Origin: an uncultured Candidatus Saccharibacteria bacterium
Lineage (GTDB): Bacteria; Patescibacteriota; Saccharimonadia; UBA4664; CAZJNH01
Assembly (NCBI GenBank): GCA_964547425.1
Contig: CAZJNH010000001.1
Location: forward strand, 5,295-69,294
Direction: 5' to 3'
Length of the DNA stretch: 64,000 bases
In this document: positions 18,206 through 27,290 of the stretch, one piece after another
Position numbering within the stretch: position 1 is the stretch's first letter
Layout: each line of letters starts with the position of its first letter
Position numbers and translations under genes: made by a program
Notes under the pieces: generated by a model
What the model saw: only the letters and a program-made list of their open reading frames with translations
Database searches by the model: none
What the model was told of the DNA's origin: nothing

Positions 18206-18469
18206 CTAGTCAGCAGCCAACTTTTTGTTTGAGGTTTGGGTTTTGAGTTGGTTTCCCGCCTGATTCTTTTCAGGGAAGAATCGGGTGGGAGAGTTTGTTG
18301 TGGCAAGGAATTTAGGTTAATAAATTCCTTATCTCGAGAGATGTGTGAGGTGGAGTTTGTGTCAGAAGGTACTGGGACTACGGGTCCCCTACCGGTTTGC
18401 TGACTGCCAACTAGTTAACGGTGAAAATTTTGTTTGGTAGTTTTTGTTTTGTTATCAAAGATCTTGTTG

Positions 18470-18889
18470 CTAGATTTTGGGCTTAACTTTCGCTCTCCGG
18501 ATCCGCCAGTAGTGTCCTGTGTCGGTCGGGATCCGTACCGCCTTCCAGTCTTTGTCTCGATCTAGTCCGCTAAGCTCCAGGAGCTCGGCGTCCAGGGTCG
18601 CCCGACCCCGTTTGGCGTCGATGGTTACCTCTTGCAGTTGGCTGTAGAAAAAGTCTGCTTGCTTCGCTAACTGCTGGTTCAAGACCGTTGGCGTGCGATC
18701 GTCAGTGTTGGGGTTAACCTTTAAAGCCTTTGCCATTTCCCCTGTCCAGATTTTTCTTGGGTACAGGTGAATGGTTTGGTCAAACCCAGGAGTGATCACT
18801 GCAACCTCGTCAGAAAACTCACTTCGCACCGACGGTGGAAGTGTTAAACGATTTTTTTCGTCTAGTCGCCCTCGGAAGTTGTAGATCAT
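18470..18889 (-). CDS. mraZ: transcriptional regulator MraZ
   Basis: Two MraZ-type repeats starting MIYNFRGRLDEKNRLTLP. The ORF is open to 18970 but the family alignment begins at the internal Met at 18889. Confidence 0.7.
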   Translation of the reverse strand: MIYNFRGRLDEKNRLTLPPSVRSEFSDEVAVITPGFDQTIHLYPRKIWTGEMAKALKVNPNTDDRTPTVLNQQLAKQADFFYSQLQEVTIDAKRGRATLDAELLELSGLDRDKDWKAVRIPTDTGHYWRIRRAKVKPKI

Positions 18890-19023
18890 CTTGTTCCTTT
18901 TCAACCCTCCTGGGTTTGCCCACTGCAACCCACTAAATTCAGTATATGCCGTCCCCCACCCACCTGTCAACTATTTTATATCAAAAAAACGCCTCTCCCT
19001 GTTGCCAGGAAGAGGCGCCCCGT

Positions 19024-19320
19024 TTAACCCCCCAAGGTGAACTCCCCATTCACCCTAAGGGCATCAATCGGCCCTATATTGCAGAACGGCACTGCATCCA
19101 TCATTTCAAGCCACCAGAAGACGAAATGATCACCGAGACAAAGTTCCTCCCTAAGGACGGAGACTCTGCTGTCAGCAATCGTAATGCCTCCTACTGGATC
19201 GAGATGGACTAGCTCTGCAGACACTACTTCGACTACTTGGAACACTGCCTCCGAGGGACCTGGATTTAACACCAGCATATCCCCGACCTGCAGGTCTTTC
19301 ATGTCGAAGCAATCGTTCAT
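19024..19320 (-). CDS. hypothetical protein
   Basis: 98 aa ORF in an otherwise empty 470 bp gap. No recognisable motifs. Confidence 0.3.
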   Translation of the reverse strand: MNDCFDMKDLQVGDMLVLNPGPSEAVFQVVEVVSAELVHLDPVGGITIADSRVSVLREELCLGDHFVFWWLEMMDAVPFCNIGPIDALRVNGEFTLGG

Positions 19321-19444
19321 AACCGCTCCTTCCGGTAAGTGTCGGCCACAATGGCGGACTCTTAAGGAAGTGCATCCGGAACGAGTAGTTGAACCGAGAG
19401 ATTATAGCAAGAATAGATCCATCTGTCAATAGTGGTTATGCTGA

Positions 19445-20113
19445 TTAGAGTTTGCGGTAGACGGCTTCGAAGTGGACTTTTTGGCCTGTTTTGGGCGCGT
19501 CGTGGGGTCTCTTAACTTCTTCGATATTCCCCGCTTGCTCGAACCCAAACCTCGCCACGTTCTTGAGTTCATCCCTTGAGAAGTAATGCGCTATTAACCC
19601 TTGTTTTGAGCCGGTGTGATAACGAATCGAAAAACTGCCGTCATCCAGCTGCTCCACCTTTTCATACTCTTCGTCGATTGGCATATCAACCGATCTTACG
19701 CGTACAAACAGCAATCCGTGCGGCTTTAGCAGCTTGGCACACACCTTGAAGTACTCCTCCGCCTGTTTGGCATCTCCATGCTGAAACACCTGAATCGCGA
19801 TGATGTAGCCGTATTTTTCCTGCTCATCAAACTCCAAGAAATTGCCGTGGAGTAATTCGGCATTCGGCTTTTTCTCCAAGACTTGGTCTAGGGCGATGTG
19901 TGATATATCAAGCCCTTCCAGCTTTAGCCCGGCGTCAAGCAGCGGCAGAAAGTTCCGACCGTTGCCACAGCCGACATATAACCCCTTGGCCTTCGTGTGC
20001 CCCGTCCGCTCCAGCGCTATGATTATCCGCTTAATAAACGGCAGCGGGTCCTCGCCGGCATATTTGCCGCCGGCTGAATAAACCTTATCCCAGGCGGCCG
20101 CCACGTCCTCCAT
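19445..20113 (-). CDS. class I SAM-dependent methyltransferase
   Basis: Motif I (LYVGCGNGRN) and following Rossmann elements. Start set at MEDVAAAW, which overlaps the glyS stop (TAATG). The longer ORF would read through glyS. Confidence 0.6.
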   Translation of the reverse strand: MEDVAAAWDKVYSAGGKYAGEDPLPFIKRIIIALERTGHTKAKGLYVGCGNGRNFLPLLDAGLKLEGLDISHIALDQVLEKKPNAELLHGNFLEFDEQEKYGYIIAIQVFQHGDAKQAEEYFKVCAKLLKPHGLLFVRVRSVDMPIDEEYEKVEQLDDGSFSIRYHTGSKQGLIAHYFSRDELKNVARFGFEQAGNIEEVKRPHDAPKTGQKVHFEAVYRKL

Positions 20114-21474
20114 TAGAAGGTGGAGAGTTGTTTTTTGATCTGCTCGTTGAGGTCGGAGATTTTGACGCGGTCTTGCTTCATAGTGTCGCGGTGCCGGATG
20201 GTGACGGACTTGTCGTCTAAGCTGTCGAAGTCGACTGTTACACACAGAGGGGTGCCGATTTCGTCTTGGCGGCGGTAACGGCGGCCGATCGATTGGGTTT
20301 CGTCGTACTCGGTCTTGAATTCGCCCGACAACTGCTGCCAGACATCTTTGGCTAGCGGTGAGAGCTTGGCGTCTTTGGATAAAGGCAGAACGGCGACTTT
20401 GACCGGGGCGATGTCGGGATGGAACTTTAATACCACCCGCTTCTCGTCCTTCACGGTTTCTTCGTTATAAGCGTCGAGCATTAATGCGAGGAACAATCGG
20501 CCGATACCGATTGAAGGTTCGATGACGTATGGGATGTACCGTTTGCCGGATGGTTCGTCGAAGTAACTCAAATCCTTGCCGCTGGTTTTGGCGTGGGCCG
20601 AGAGATCGTAATCGGTGCGATTGGCGATGCCCCACAATTCCTTAAAGCCCATCGGGAAGTTGTACTGGATGTCCACCGAAGCCGCGGCGTAGTGTGCCCG
20701 CTCGTCTTTGGCGTGGTCGTGGAATTTGAGGTTTTCTTTTTTCATACCGATCGAGATCAAGAAATCCCAACAAAACTGCTTCCATTTTTTATACTCCTCT
20801 TCCGCCTGATCCGGCTCAACGAAGTACTCCAGCTCCATCTGTTCAAACTCTCGCACGCGGAAAACAAAATCACCAGGCGTAATTTCGTTTCGAAAAGCCT
20901 TGCCGATCTGCGCAATGCCAAACGGGATTTTTTGCCGGCTAGTTTCGCGGACGTTTAGGAATTGGGCGAAGATGCCACCGGCGGTTTCAGGCCGCAGGTA
21001 AGAAATGCTCGAGTCATCCTGGACCGGGCCGACATGCGTTTTAAACATCATATTAAACTGCCGGGCTTCGGTTAGCTCTTTCTTGCCGCAGTTCGGGCAG
21101 GCCTTGTCTTTTAAGGCATCATTCAACTTCTTAAGATCGTTAGTATCGATTGCGGCGACGTGGTCGGCCCTGAAGCGGTGTTTACAGCTTTTGCAGTCAA
21201 CCATTGGGTCAACGAATGTCTCGACGTGCCCGCTGGCCTCCCACAGCTTGGGGTTTTGGATGATCGTTGAGTCGAGGCCGACGATGTTTTGGTGGCCGTA
21301 AACAAAGGCTTTCCACCAGGCCTTGCGGATGTTGTCGACCATCTCGGTACCGTATGGGCCCCAATCCCAAAAGCCGGAAATTCCGCCGTAAATCTCACTG
21401 GCCTGAAACACAAAACCCCGCCGCTTGGCGAGTGAGACGATTTCATCCATACTGATCGGTTTATTTTGGCTCAT
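20113..21474 (-). CDS. glyQS: glycine--tRNA ligase (dimeric class II GlyQS type)
   Basis: 453 aa. N-terminal GlyRS signature (RRGFVFQASEIYGG), class II catalytic motifs, C-terminal anticodon-binding domain. Confidence 0.88.
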   Translation of the reverse strand: MSQNKPISMDEIVSLAKRRGFVFQASEIYGGISGFWDWGPYGTEMVDNIRKAWWKAFVYGHQNIVGLDSTIIQNPKLWEASGHVETFVDPMVDCKSCKHRFRADHVAAIDTNDLKKLNDALKDKACPNCGKKELTEARQFNMMFKTHVGPVQDDSSISYLRPETAGGIFAQFLNVRETSRQKIPFGIAQIGKAFRNEITPGDFVFRVREFEQMELEYFVEPDQAEEEYKKWKQFCWDFLISIGMKKENLKFHDHAKDERAHYAAASVDIQYNFPMGFKELWGIANRTDYDLSAHAKTSGKDLSYFDEPSGKRYIPYVIEPSIGIGRLFLALMLDAYNEETVKDEKRVVLKFHPDIAPVKVAVLPLSKDAKLSPLAKDVWQQLSGEFKTEYDETQSIGRRYRRQDEIGTPLCVTVDFDSLDDKSVTIRHRDTMKQDRVKISDLNEQIKKQLSTF

Positions 21475-21692
21475 TAAAAGGAAAAATTACTTTCGTTGGT
21501 CACTTCATTGTACTCATCGGGAGTAATTCTGCCTAGTTCGAGCAACCGGTCCATATCGGCAATGAAACTAGCCCTTACTCGGCTGAAGCTCTCAGAACCT
21601 TGATCATTGAGAACTTTGAGCACTGCAATACACTCCGCGATATAACCCTCAACTTCCTCTTCTCTTAATGCGTCAACGGCGTCAGGATCCAA
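21474..21692 (-). CDS. small acidic hypothetical protein
   Basis: 72 aa ORF between recO and glyS, overlapping both ends by a few nt. Co-directional with its neighbours. Confidence 0.3.
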   Translation of the reverse strand: MDPDAVDALREEEVEGYIAECIAVLKVLNDQGSESFSRVRASFIADMDRLLELGRITPDEYNEVTNESNFSF

Positions 21693-22404
21693 CCCTCTCC
21701 TCCATCATATCCCGGCTATTAAAACGCAGACCAAAGGTTTGTTCCAGAAACGCGTTGGACATCGGTAACGACAGCTTAGCTAATTCATCAACCTCGTCCG
21801 GCAGCTGGTTCTTTAGCAGTGCTTGCCAGACCGCCAAAGTCTCCCGGCTCATTTTGTATGGACGGCTGGTGGTACAACCTCCGTCGACCACTCCCCCTTT
21901 TTTCGGATCAAAATAGTACCCCTCGGAAACCTCGCCGCACACCACACAGTTCTCCAGATGCGGCCGATAACCTAAAAGATCCATCAGTCTCAGCTTAAAA
22001 CTTAGTTCCAGTGTTGAGCTGTAACCTCGCCGGTCGAGCTCCCCCAGTAAATCTGCCGCCAGACGAAACACCCGCGGCTCCGCCCTCCCTTCACCAGTCA
22101 GCTTCTCAAGCATCTCCGCCATTAAGTAAGCGAAGGTCAGACTCTGCCAGTTCTCAGCCAAATTCAAATAATGTTTTTTAAGCCTGGCCCCAGCGATCAC
22201 GTCCAAGTTTCGTCCCTTAGCAAACATCAACTCGGTTTCGCTAAACAACTCCAAGTGCCCGGCCATCCGGCTTTTTATCTTCCTCACTCCCCTGGCCACG
22301 CCTTTGATCTTGCCATGGTCGGGCGTCAGAAACGTAATAATCCGGTCCGCCTCGCCAAAATTAATCCGCCTTAAAACTAACCCGGTCGTTTTATAGGTTG
22401 GCAT
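21682..22404 (-). CDS. recO: DNA repair protein RecO
   Basis: N-terminal OB fold (GLVLRRINFGEADRIITFLT) and a central Cys4 zinc motif (CVVCGE..C), as in RecO. Confidence 0.8.
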   Translation of the reverse strand: MPTYKTTGLVLRRINFGEADRIITFLTPDHGKIKGVARGVRKIKSRMAGHLELFSETELMFAKGRNLDVIAGARLKKHYLNLAENWQSLTFAYLMAEMLEKLTGEGRAEPRVFRLAADLLGELDRRGYSSTLELSFKLRLMDLLGYRPHLENCVVCGEVSEGYYFDPKKGGVVDGGCTTSRPYKMSRETLAVWQALLKNQLPDEVDELAKLSLPMSNAFLEQTFGLRFNSRDMMEERVGS

Positions 22405-22424
22405 GCTTCTATTATAGCTTTAAC

Positions 22425-22501
22425 GCTCCGGAGGGGTATTGCCCGAGGCGACGCTTGTCGCAAGGTCGACGGGGAGCCGAGGGCGGTACCCCGGAAGGAG
22501 C
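22425..22501. ncRNA. conserved structured element, copy 1 (unknown family, candidate ncRNA or cis-regulatory RNA)
   Basis: 77-nt imperfect hairpin: GCTCC...GGAGC outer stem, a 12-bp GGGGTATTGCCC/GGGCGGTACCCC stem, conserved core CGACGCTTGTCGCAAGGTCGACGGGGAG. About 80% identical to 37845-37923 with compensatory changes in the 12-bp stem. Strand undetermined. Confidence 0.4.
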
Positions 22502-22885
22502 CTAGCTTTTGACTTCGAGGGCCTTGACGGCTTTTTCTACGACTTCGTCAGGTGTGTGGTGAGACTTTATAAGATAGTCGGCAACACCGAGAGCGCGGGC
22601 CAAGTCCCGGTTCATATCGACCTCGGATTCACCAAGATTCGTCAGCAAAATCACTGGGATCTGCCGCAGCTCAGGATGCTTTTTGACCTCTTTCAAAACA
22701 TGGAAGCCATTAACGCGAGGCATTAAGATGTCGAGTAAAATCAACTCCGGCTTAAAGGTTTCGAGCATCTTCAAACACTCTTCCCCGTTGGTCGCAACCG
22801 TAATGTCGTGGCCTTCCAGCTCAAACTTTGCCTGGTACATCTCTACCAGAATATTGTCGTCCTCTACCAGCATAATTTTGGCCAC
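22502..22885 (-). CDS. response regulator, receiver domain only (CheY-like)
   Basis: 127 aa. Acidic pocket (LVEDD), phospho-acceptor (LLDILMP), conserved lysine. No output domain. Confidence 0.85.
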   Translation of the reverse strand: MAKIMLVEDDNILVEMYQAKFELEGHDITVATNGEECLKMLETFKPELILLDILMPRVNGFHVLKEVKKHPELRQIPVILLTNLGESEVDMNRDLARALGVADYLIKSHHTPDEVVEKAVKALEVKS

Positions 22886-23003
22886 TGATTTCCCTCCTAA
22901 TACTTAAGTGATTCTAACAGCCGACCCGCTAATTCAGAAGCGTAAGAATTTTCCCCAAAACAAACAGTCGCTTCGCTCCTTCGGATTGTTTTGGGGTCCC
23001 CCT

Positions 23004-25340
23004 TCAGTTCAGCAAGGTTAATTGCTTGGCGATCGGCAGTGAAAAGCTAAACTTTGACCCCGCCGACTCTCGGCTGGTCACCCAAATCCGCCCGCCGTGC
23101 GCCTCCACCAAATTCTTCACAATATAGAGTCCCAGCCCTGTCCCCCCAGCCTGCACCGTCATTGGGTTAAACACCCGGCCAAACTTCTGGAACAATTTGC
23201 CAATCTGGCTAGGGGTAATCCCCACTCCTTTGTCGGTGATGCTGGTGATCAGTTCGTCCCCGTGGATTTTGAAATCAATCGTCACCTCGCTTTTTGGCAT
23301 CGAGTATTTAATACCGTTATCAACTAAATTAGTCAGGATCTGCCGCAGCCGGCTTTCGTCGGCCAAGACTAACGGCAAGCGGTAGCGCCGGTTAACTTTG
23401 AGGGTAATGTCGCGTTCGAAGCCTTTGCCGGCCAGTTCGGTAACAACATCGCGGATAATGTTCTCCATCGCCAGCGGCCGTAGATCCAGATTAATTTTGC
23501 CGCCTTCGATGTGGCTGATGTCTAAAAGGTCTTCAACAAGATCGATCATCCGTTGGTTGCTTTGGTAAACCCGCGACAGGTAGTGGAACTGTTTGTCGGT
23601 TAAATCCCCAAAGTCTTTTTTCAGCAACATACTCATAAAACCTTTGATCGCCGAGAGCGGCGTGCGCAGCTCGTGCGAGACGATCGAGATGAAATCGCTT
23701 TTGATCTCTTCAATCTCCCGGTCGCGCTGGATGTTACGAATAACGGCGATGCCGGAGGTAACGTTGCCGTCGTGGTCGAGCATCGGCGAGTAGCTTATCT
23801 GGGCCCAGAACCGGTTGCCGGCTTTGCCTTCGATCAGCTGCTCGGTTTTAGGGATGGTTTTGCCGCCTGAGAGCACCTGTTTAATCGGTGATCGACCCGA
23901 CAGATCTATCCCCTCCGGTGAGACGGTCCGGATAATTTTAGTAAACGGCTGGCCGATAGCTTCGGTCACGGAGTATTGAGTCAATCCGGCGCAGGTGGCG
24001 TTAAAGCCGACGATCCGGCCTTCGTGGTCGTAGATGACAATTCCGTCCTCGGTAAATTTAAACACCGCCTCCCAGCGTTCCCGCCTGGCGTTAACCTCCT
24101 GGTAAAGGTTGGCGTTTTCGATCAAGATGCCTTTGCGCATCGCCGCGATCTTGAGGAAGTTAAGGTCGCTTTTGGTGTAAGGTTTATCCTGACGCGTAGC
24201 CAAGATACAACCCATAACTTTAGAGTGGATGGTAATCGGAACGCTAATCGAGTAATGAGCAAAAACCGACTTCGGTTCGCCCTCCCCTAGATTGTTGATC
24301 TCGGCCTTGCGCGTCAAAAATACCCGCCCCACTAAATCTTTTTTTGTCGGTGATACCTCGTCCGGATGTTCATTAAAGTTAGTGCTGGTCGCCATTCGGG
24401 CGAGTTTCTTCTGCCTCGGTGAATAAAGGTAAATGCTGGTATAGGGTGATTCGAGTAATGTAGATAAGTGAGTGGTGAATTTTTTGTAAAGCTGTTCCGG
24501 CCGCAAGCTGAAAATAGCCGACAGGTCGGTCAGCTCATTTAATTTACGCGCATTTTTTTGCTCCTCCATCGCCAGCGCGTTGGCCTCAACGGTCTTTTCA
24601 ACTAAGGCAGTGATGTCTCGGCCGGTGGCGATCATACCGGTCACTTTACCCTCAACCTTGAGCGGTCCGCAGGAAAACTGAATGTGCCGGTTGGTTTTAG
24701 TGGCAAAGCAGTAGACCAGAATTTTCTTGCCTTGCATCACCTGCTTAAAAACATCGGCCGGATCCCGGTCGAACTCCAGAGGCGGCTGGGCTTTTAAGAC
24801 CTCCGCCATCTTTAGTCCGACGATCGGCTGGTCGATACCAAAAAGTTCCAGCCACTCCCGGTTGTGGTCTAGCACCGTATCGGTCCGGTCGATCACTACA
24901 AATCCATCATTAAAGTTTGAGATCACCGCAGCCAGCCGCTCCTTTACCCATGACAGTGCGGTGACATCGCGTACCAGCATCAAATACCCGGCCATTTCAC
25001 CGTCCTCGATGCATGCCTGGCGAATTATCTCAACCGCCCGGTTTTGGAGATGGGCAATGTAGCTTGAGTCGCCCTGCCGCACCAAACCTTTTCGGATAAT
25101 TTCGGGTTTTTCTTTGGCCGATTCCGCCAGCAGCGTAATTAAATCCTGGCCGCTCAACTCCTCTCCGAGTAACGACCGGGCAGTTGTGTTGGCATAAGCC
25201 ACCTTGTAGTCCAGTGAGGTCACCATCATCCCGTGGTGCATCAGTTCTGCAGCTGGACGAATTTTGGCGCAAACCGATTCCAGCAGGGTAGCTGATTTGC
25301 CCGCGGTCGGCTGTTTGGTCTTAAGATCTTTAGTCGGCAC
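23004..25340 (-). CDS. cytoplasmic multi-domain sensor histidine kinase (PAS/GAF-HisKA-HATPase)
   Basis: 778 aa with no TM segment. H-box (SHELRTPLSAIKGF), N-box (DNGIKYS), G2 box (GGTGLGLYIV), preceded by about 500 aa of PAS/GAF-like repeats. Confidence 0.85.
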   Translation of the reverse strand: MPTKDLKTKQPTAGKSATLLESVCAKIRPAAELMHHGMMVTSLDYKVAYANTTARSLLGEELSGQDLITLLAESAKEKPEIIRKGLVRQGDSSYIAHLQNRAVEIIRQACIEDGEMAGYLMLVRDVTALSWVKERLAAVISNFNDGFVVIDRTDTVLDHNREWLELFGIDQPIVGLKMAEVLKAQPPLEFDRDPADVFKQVMQGKKILVYCFATKTNRHIQFSCGPLKVEGKVTGMIATGRDITALVEKTVEANALAMEEQKNARKLNELTDLSAIFSLRPEQLYKKFTTHLSTLLESPYTSIYLYSPRQKKLARMATSTNFNEHPDEVSPTKKDLVGRVFLTRKAEINNLGEGEPKSVFAHYSISVPITIHSKVMGCILATRQDKPYTKSDLNFLKIAAMRKGILIENANLYQEVNARRERWEAVFKFTEDGIVIYDHEGRIVGFNATCAGLTQYSVTEAIGQPFTKIIRTVSPEGIDLSGRSPIKQVLSGGKTIPKTEQLIEGKAGNRFWAQISYSPMLDHDGNVTSGIAVIRNIQRDREIEEIKSDFISIVSHELRTPLSAIKGFMSMLLKKDFGDLTDKQFHYLSRVYQSNQRMIDLVEDLLDISHIEGGKINLDLRPLAMENIIRDVVTELAGKGFERDITLKVNRRYRLPLVLADESRLRQILTNLVDNGIKYSMPKSEVTIDFKIHGDELITSITDKGVGITPSQIGKLFQKFGRVFNPMTVQAGGTGLGLYIVKNLVEAHGGRIWVTSRESAGSKFSFSLPIAKQLTLLN

Positions 25341-25394
25341 TTACACCCTTCCTTCAACTGTCTAACTTACCACCCGCCAGAAGCCCCCTCAAGC

Positions 25395-25898
25395 TTAAGC
25401 TTTTACAGACTTGGTGCCATATTCGTATATGTAGAAATTAGTACCTCGGACCGCCGGCTTCTTGTCTGGAATTGCAAACGCGAAACTGACCAATCTGGTC
25501 GGTGAGGTAATGCGGCGCTTTAGCTCCCGATCGAGTTTGGGCATATAACGGTCGATTAAAAAAACAAATATACCGTCCGCCTTAGGCCACTGGGCGTGCC
25601 AATAATTACCAAGCTTAATCGATACCAGACGGCGGTAGCGCCAGCAATTAATCCTCGCCGCTGCGTAAAGCCAGGGATTGATTTCATAGCCTACGCCTCG
25701 GATACCTCTCTTAGCGGCAGCTTTAAGCAGGCGTCCTTCACCGCAGCCCAAATCCAGAAGTACCTGGCCCGGTTTTAGCTCTAAAGCGTCAACCAGCGGC
25801 TGCACTTGACTGCCAAGCGTCGGCACATACGGAGCTCCTAACAGAGCACCTAGACTAAAGCCGATAACTATCAGCGAGCCCAGTAGAACAAGGATCAA
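25395..25898 (-). CDS. small membrane-anchored class I SAM methyltransferase
   Basis: N-terminal TM, motif I (LDLGCGEGR). 167 aa. The stop overlaps the xseB start. Confidence 0.55.
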   Translation of the reverse strand: MILVLLGSLIVIGFSLGALLGAPYVPTLGSQVQPLVDALELKPGQVLLDLGCGEGRLLKAAAKRGIRGVGYEINPWLYAAARINCWRYRRLVSIKLGNYWHAQWPKADGIFVFLIDRYMPKLDRELKRRITSPTRLVSFAFAIPDKKPAVRGTNFYIYEYGTKSVKA

Positions 25899-26128
25899 AC
25901 CGCGGCCGGGTCGTCCGGTCCGGCAGGTGCCGGGGTGTCGTATTTTTGCTTAATTTCTTCGATCTTGTTTTCGACTTTGTCCAACCGGCCCTTCAGGTCT
26001 TGCCACAGTTTCATCCCCTGCTCGAATTGCTCCAGGCCTTTATCTAAATCCACCTCACCACTCTCTAATTGGGCGGCGATTTTTTCCAGTTCGGCTAGCT
26101 TGTCACCAAAGTTATCTTTGTCTGTCAT
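25895..26128 (-). CDS. xseB: exodeoxyribonuclease VII small subunit
   Basis: 77 aa coiled-coil protein with the XseB signature (LEELEKIAAQLESGEVDLD). Confidence 0.8.
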   Translation of the reverse strand: MTDKDNFGDKLAELEKIAAQLESGEVDLDKGLEQFEQGMKLWQDLKGRLDKVENKIEEIKQKYDTPAPAGPDDPAAV

Positions 26129-27290
26129 CGACTTTTGCTCCCAATTTACCTGCGTGCAATTGTATCACCAGATCATCACCGGCCTTAACCTGCGACGCAT
26201 CTTTTACAATTGTGTTTCCGGCGAAGGTGATCGAATAACCTCGCGACAACAGCCCTTGCGGATTAGCTGCTGCCAATAAACGCGACAATCCAGCCAGGTT
26301 TTGCTGGTAAGTCGCCACCTGCCCACTGAAGCGGGTCAAAAATTGCCGCAACCTGGTTTCGGCGTTTCTAATTTGTTCCAGCGGTTGCTTCAGGACCGCT
26401 TCGAGGCTTCCGGCGAGCAGCTGGAGCCGGCGTCCGGACTCGTCAACTAGCTGCCTGATCGATCGGGTCAGGTCCGCTTTTTGTTGATCCAAATGCCTGC
26501 TAACCTCTTCCCGGCTCGGCGCCACCAAGTGGGCTGCCTGAGTCGGCGTCGGCGCCCGCAGGTCCGCTACCAAATCGGCGAGGCTAATGTCGGGTTCGTG
26601 CCCGACCCCAACTACGATCGGTGTCCGGCTGCCAGCTACCGCCCGGGCCACCGGCTCAGAGTTAAAGGCCTGTAAATCATCCAGGCTGCCGCCGCCGCGG
26701 ATCAGTACTAAGGTGTCGAGCGGCTCCGCTAATTGGTTAAGGTATCCCAGCGCCCCAACGATCTGGTCGACAGCACCAATCCCTTGTACCATCACCGGCG
26801 TAAAAACAATCTCTAGGCCACCCCAACGAGAATTTAGCACCCGCATGAAGTCATGCAATACGGCACCCTCTTTCGAAGTCACCAACCCGATCCGGCGCGG
26901 AAACTCAGGGATAGGACGCTTGCGGGCCGGGTCAAACAATCCTTCCTGTTCCAGCTTGGCTTTAAGTAGTTCATAGGCTCGGCGCAGCTCGCCTTCCCCA
27001 GCCAGTTCAAGAGTTTCGATCTGAAAACTAAAACCGTACTGCGGGTGCAGCTTCGGCGTACCGGTCGCCCGGATCTTCATCCCATCCTCCAGCGGATGCT
27101 GCAGCCGGTTCTTAAAGATCACACTGCGCAGCATCGCCTCCTCTTCCTTCAAGTTGAATTGGTACGTCGCCGGCGTTGCTCGGTAACCGGAAATCTCCCC
27201 CTCCACCACAACGCTTTGATAGCCGAACTGCAGATGCAGATCAACAGCGTGAATAAACTCTTTGACGCTAAGAGGTTTTTGCGGATTCAT
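26112..27290 (-). CDS. xseA: exodeoxyribonuclease VII large subunit
   Basis: N-terminal OB fold, central catalytic domain (RGGGSLDDLQAFNSE). Overlaps the xseB start by 17 nt. Confidence 0.85.
   Translation of the reverse strand: MNPQKPLSVKEFIHAVDLHLQFGYQSVVVEGEISGYRATPATYQFNLKEEEAMLRSVIFKNRLQHPLEDGMKIRATGTPKLHPQYGFSFQIETLELAGEGELRRAYELLKAKLEQEGLFDPARKRPIPEFPRRIGLVTSKEGAVLHDFMRVLNSRWGGLEIVFTPVMVQGIGAVDQIVGALGYLNQLAEPLDTLVLIRGGGSLDDLQAFNSEPVARAVAGSRTPIVVGVGHEPDISLADLVADLRAPTPTQAAHLVAPSREEVSRHLDQQKADLTRSIRQLVDESGRRLQLLAGSLEAVLKQPLEQIRNAETRLRQFLTRFSGQVATYQQNLAGLSRLLAAANPQGLLSRGYSITFAGNTIVKDASQVKAGDDLVIQLHAGKLGAKVDDRQR

Noticed and set aside
19445-20245. Longer 266-aa version of the methyltransferase ORF reading through the glyS 3' end
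   Set aside because: The N-terminal 44 residues are Arg-rich nonsense in the glyS shadow frame. The MEDVAAAW start forms a TAATG stop-start overlap with glyS and begins just before the recognisable methyltransferase motif I.
22425-22501. Hammerhead or other small self-cleaving ribozyme, T-box, or a known riboswitch class for the duplicated element
   Set aside because: The element lacks the CUGAUGA/GAAA cores of hammerheads, and I could not match it to any riboswitch consensus I can recall. It is left as unclassified.
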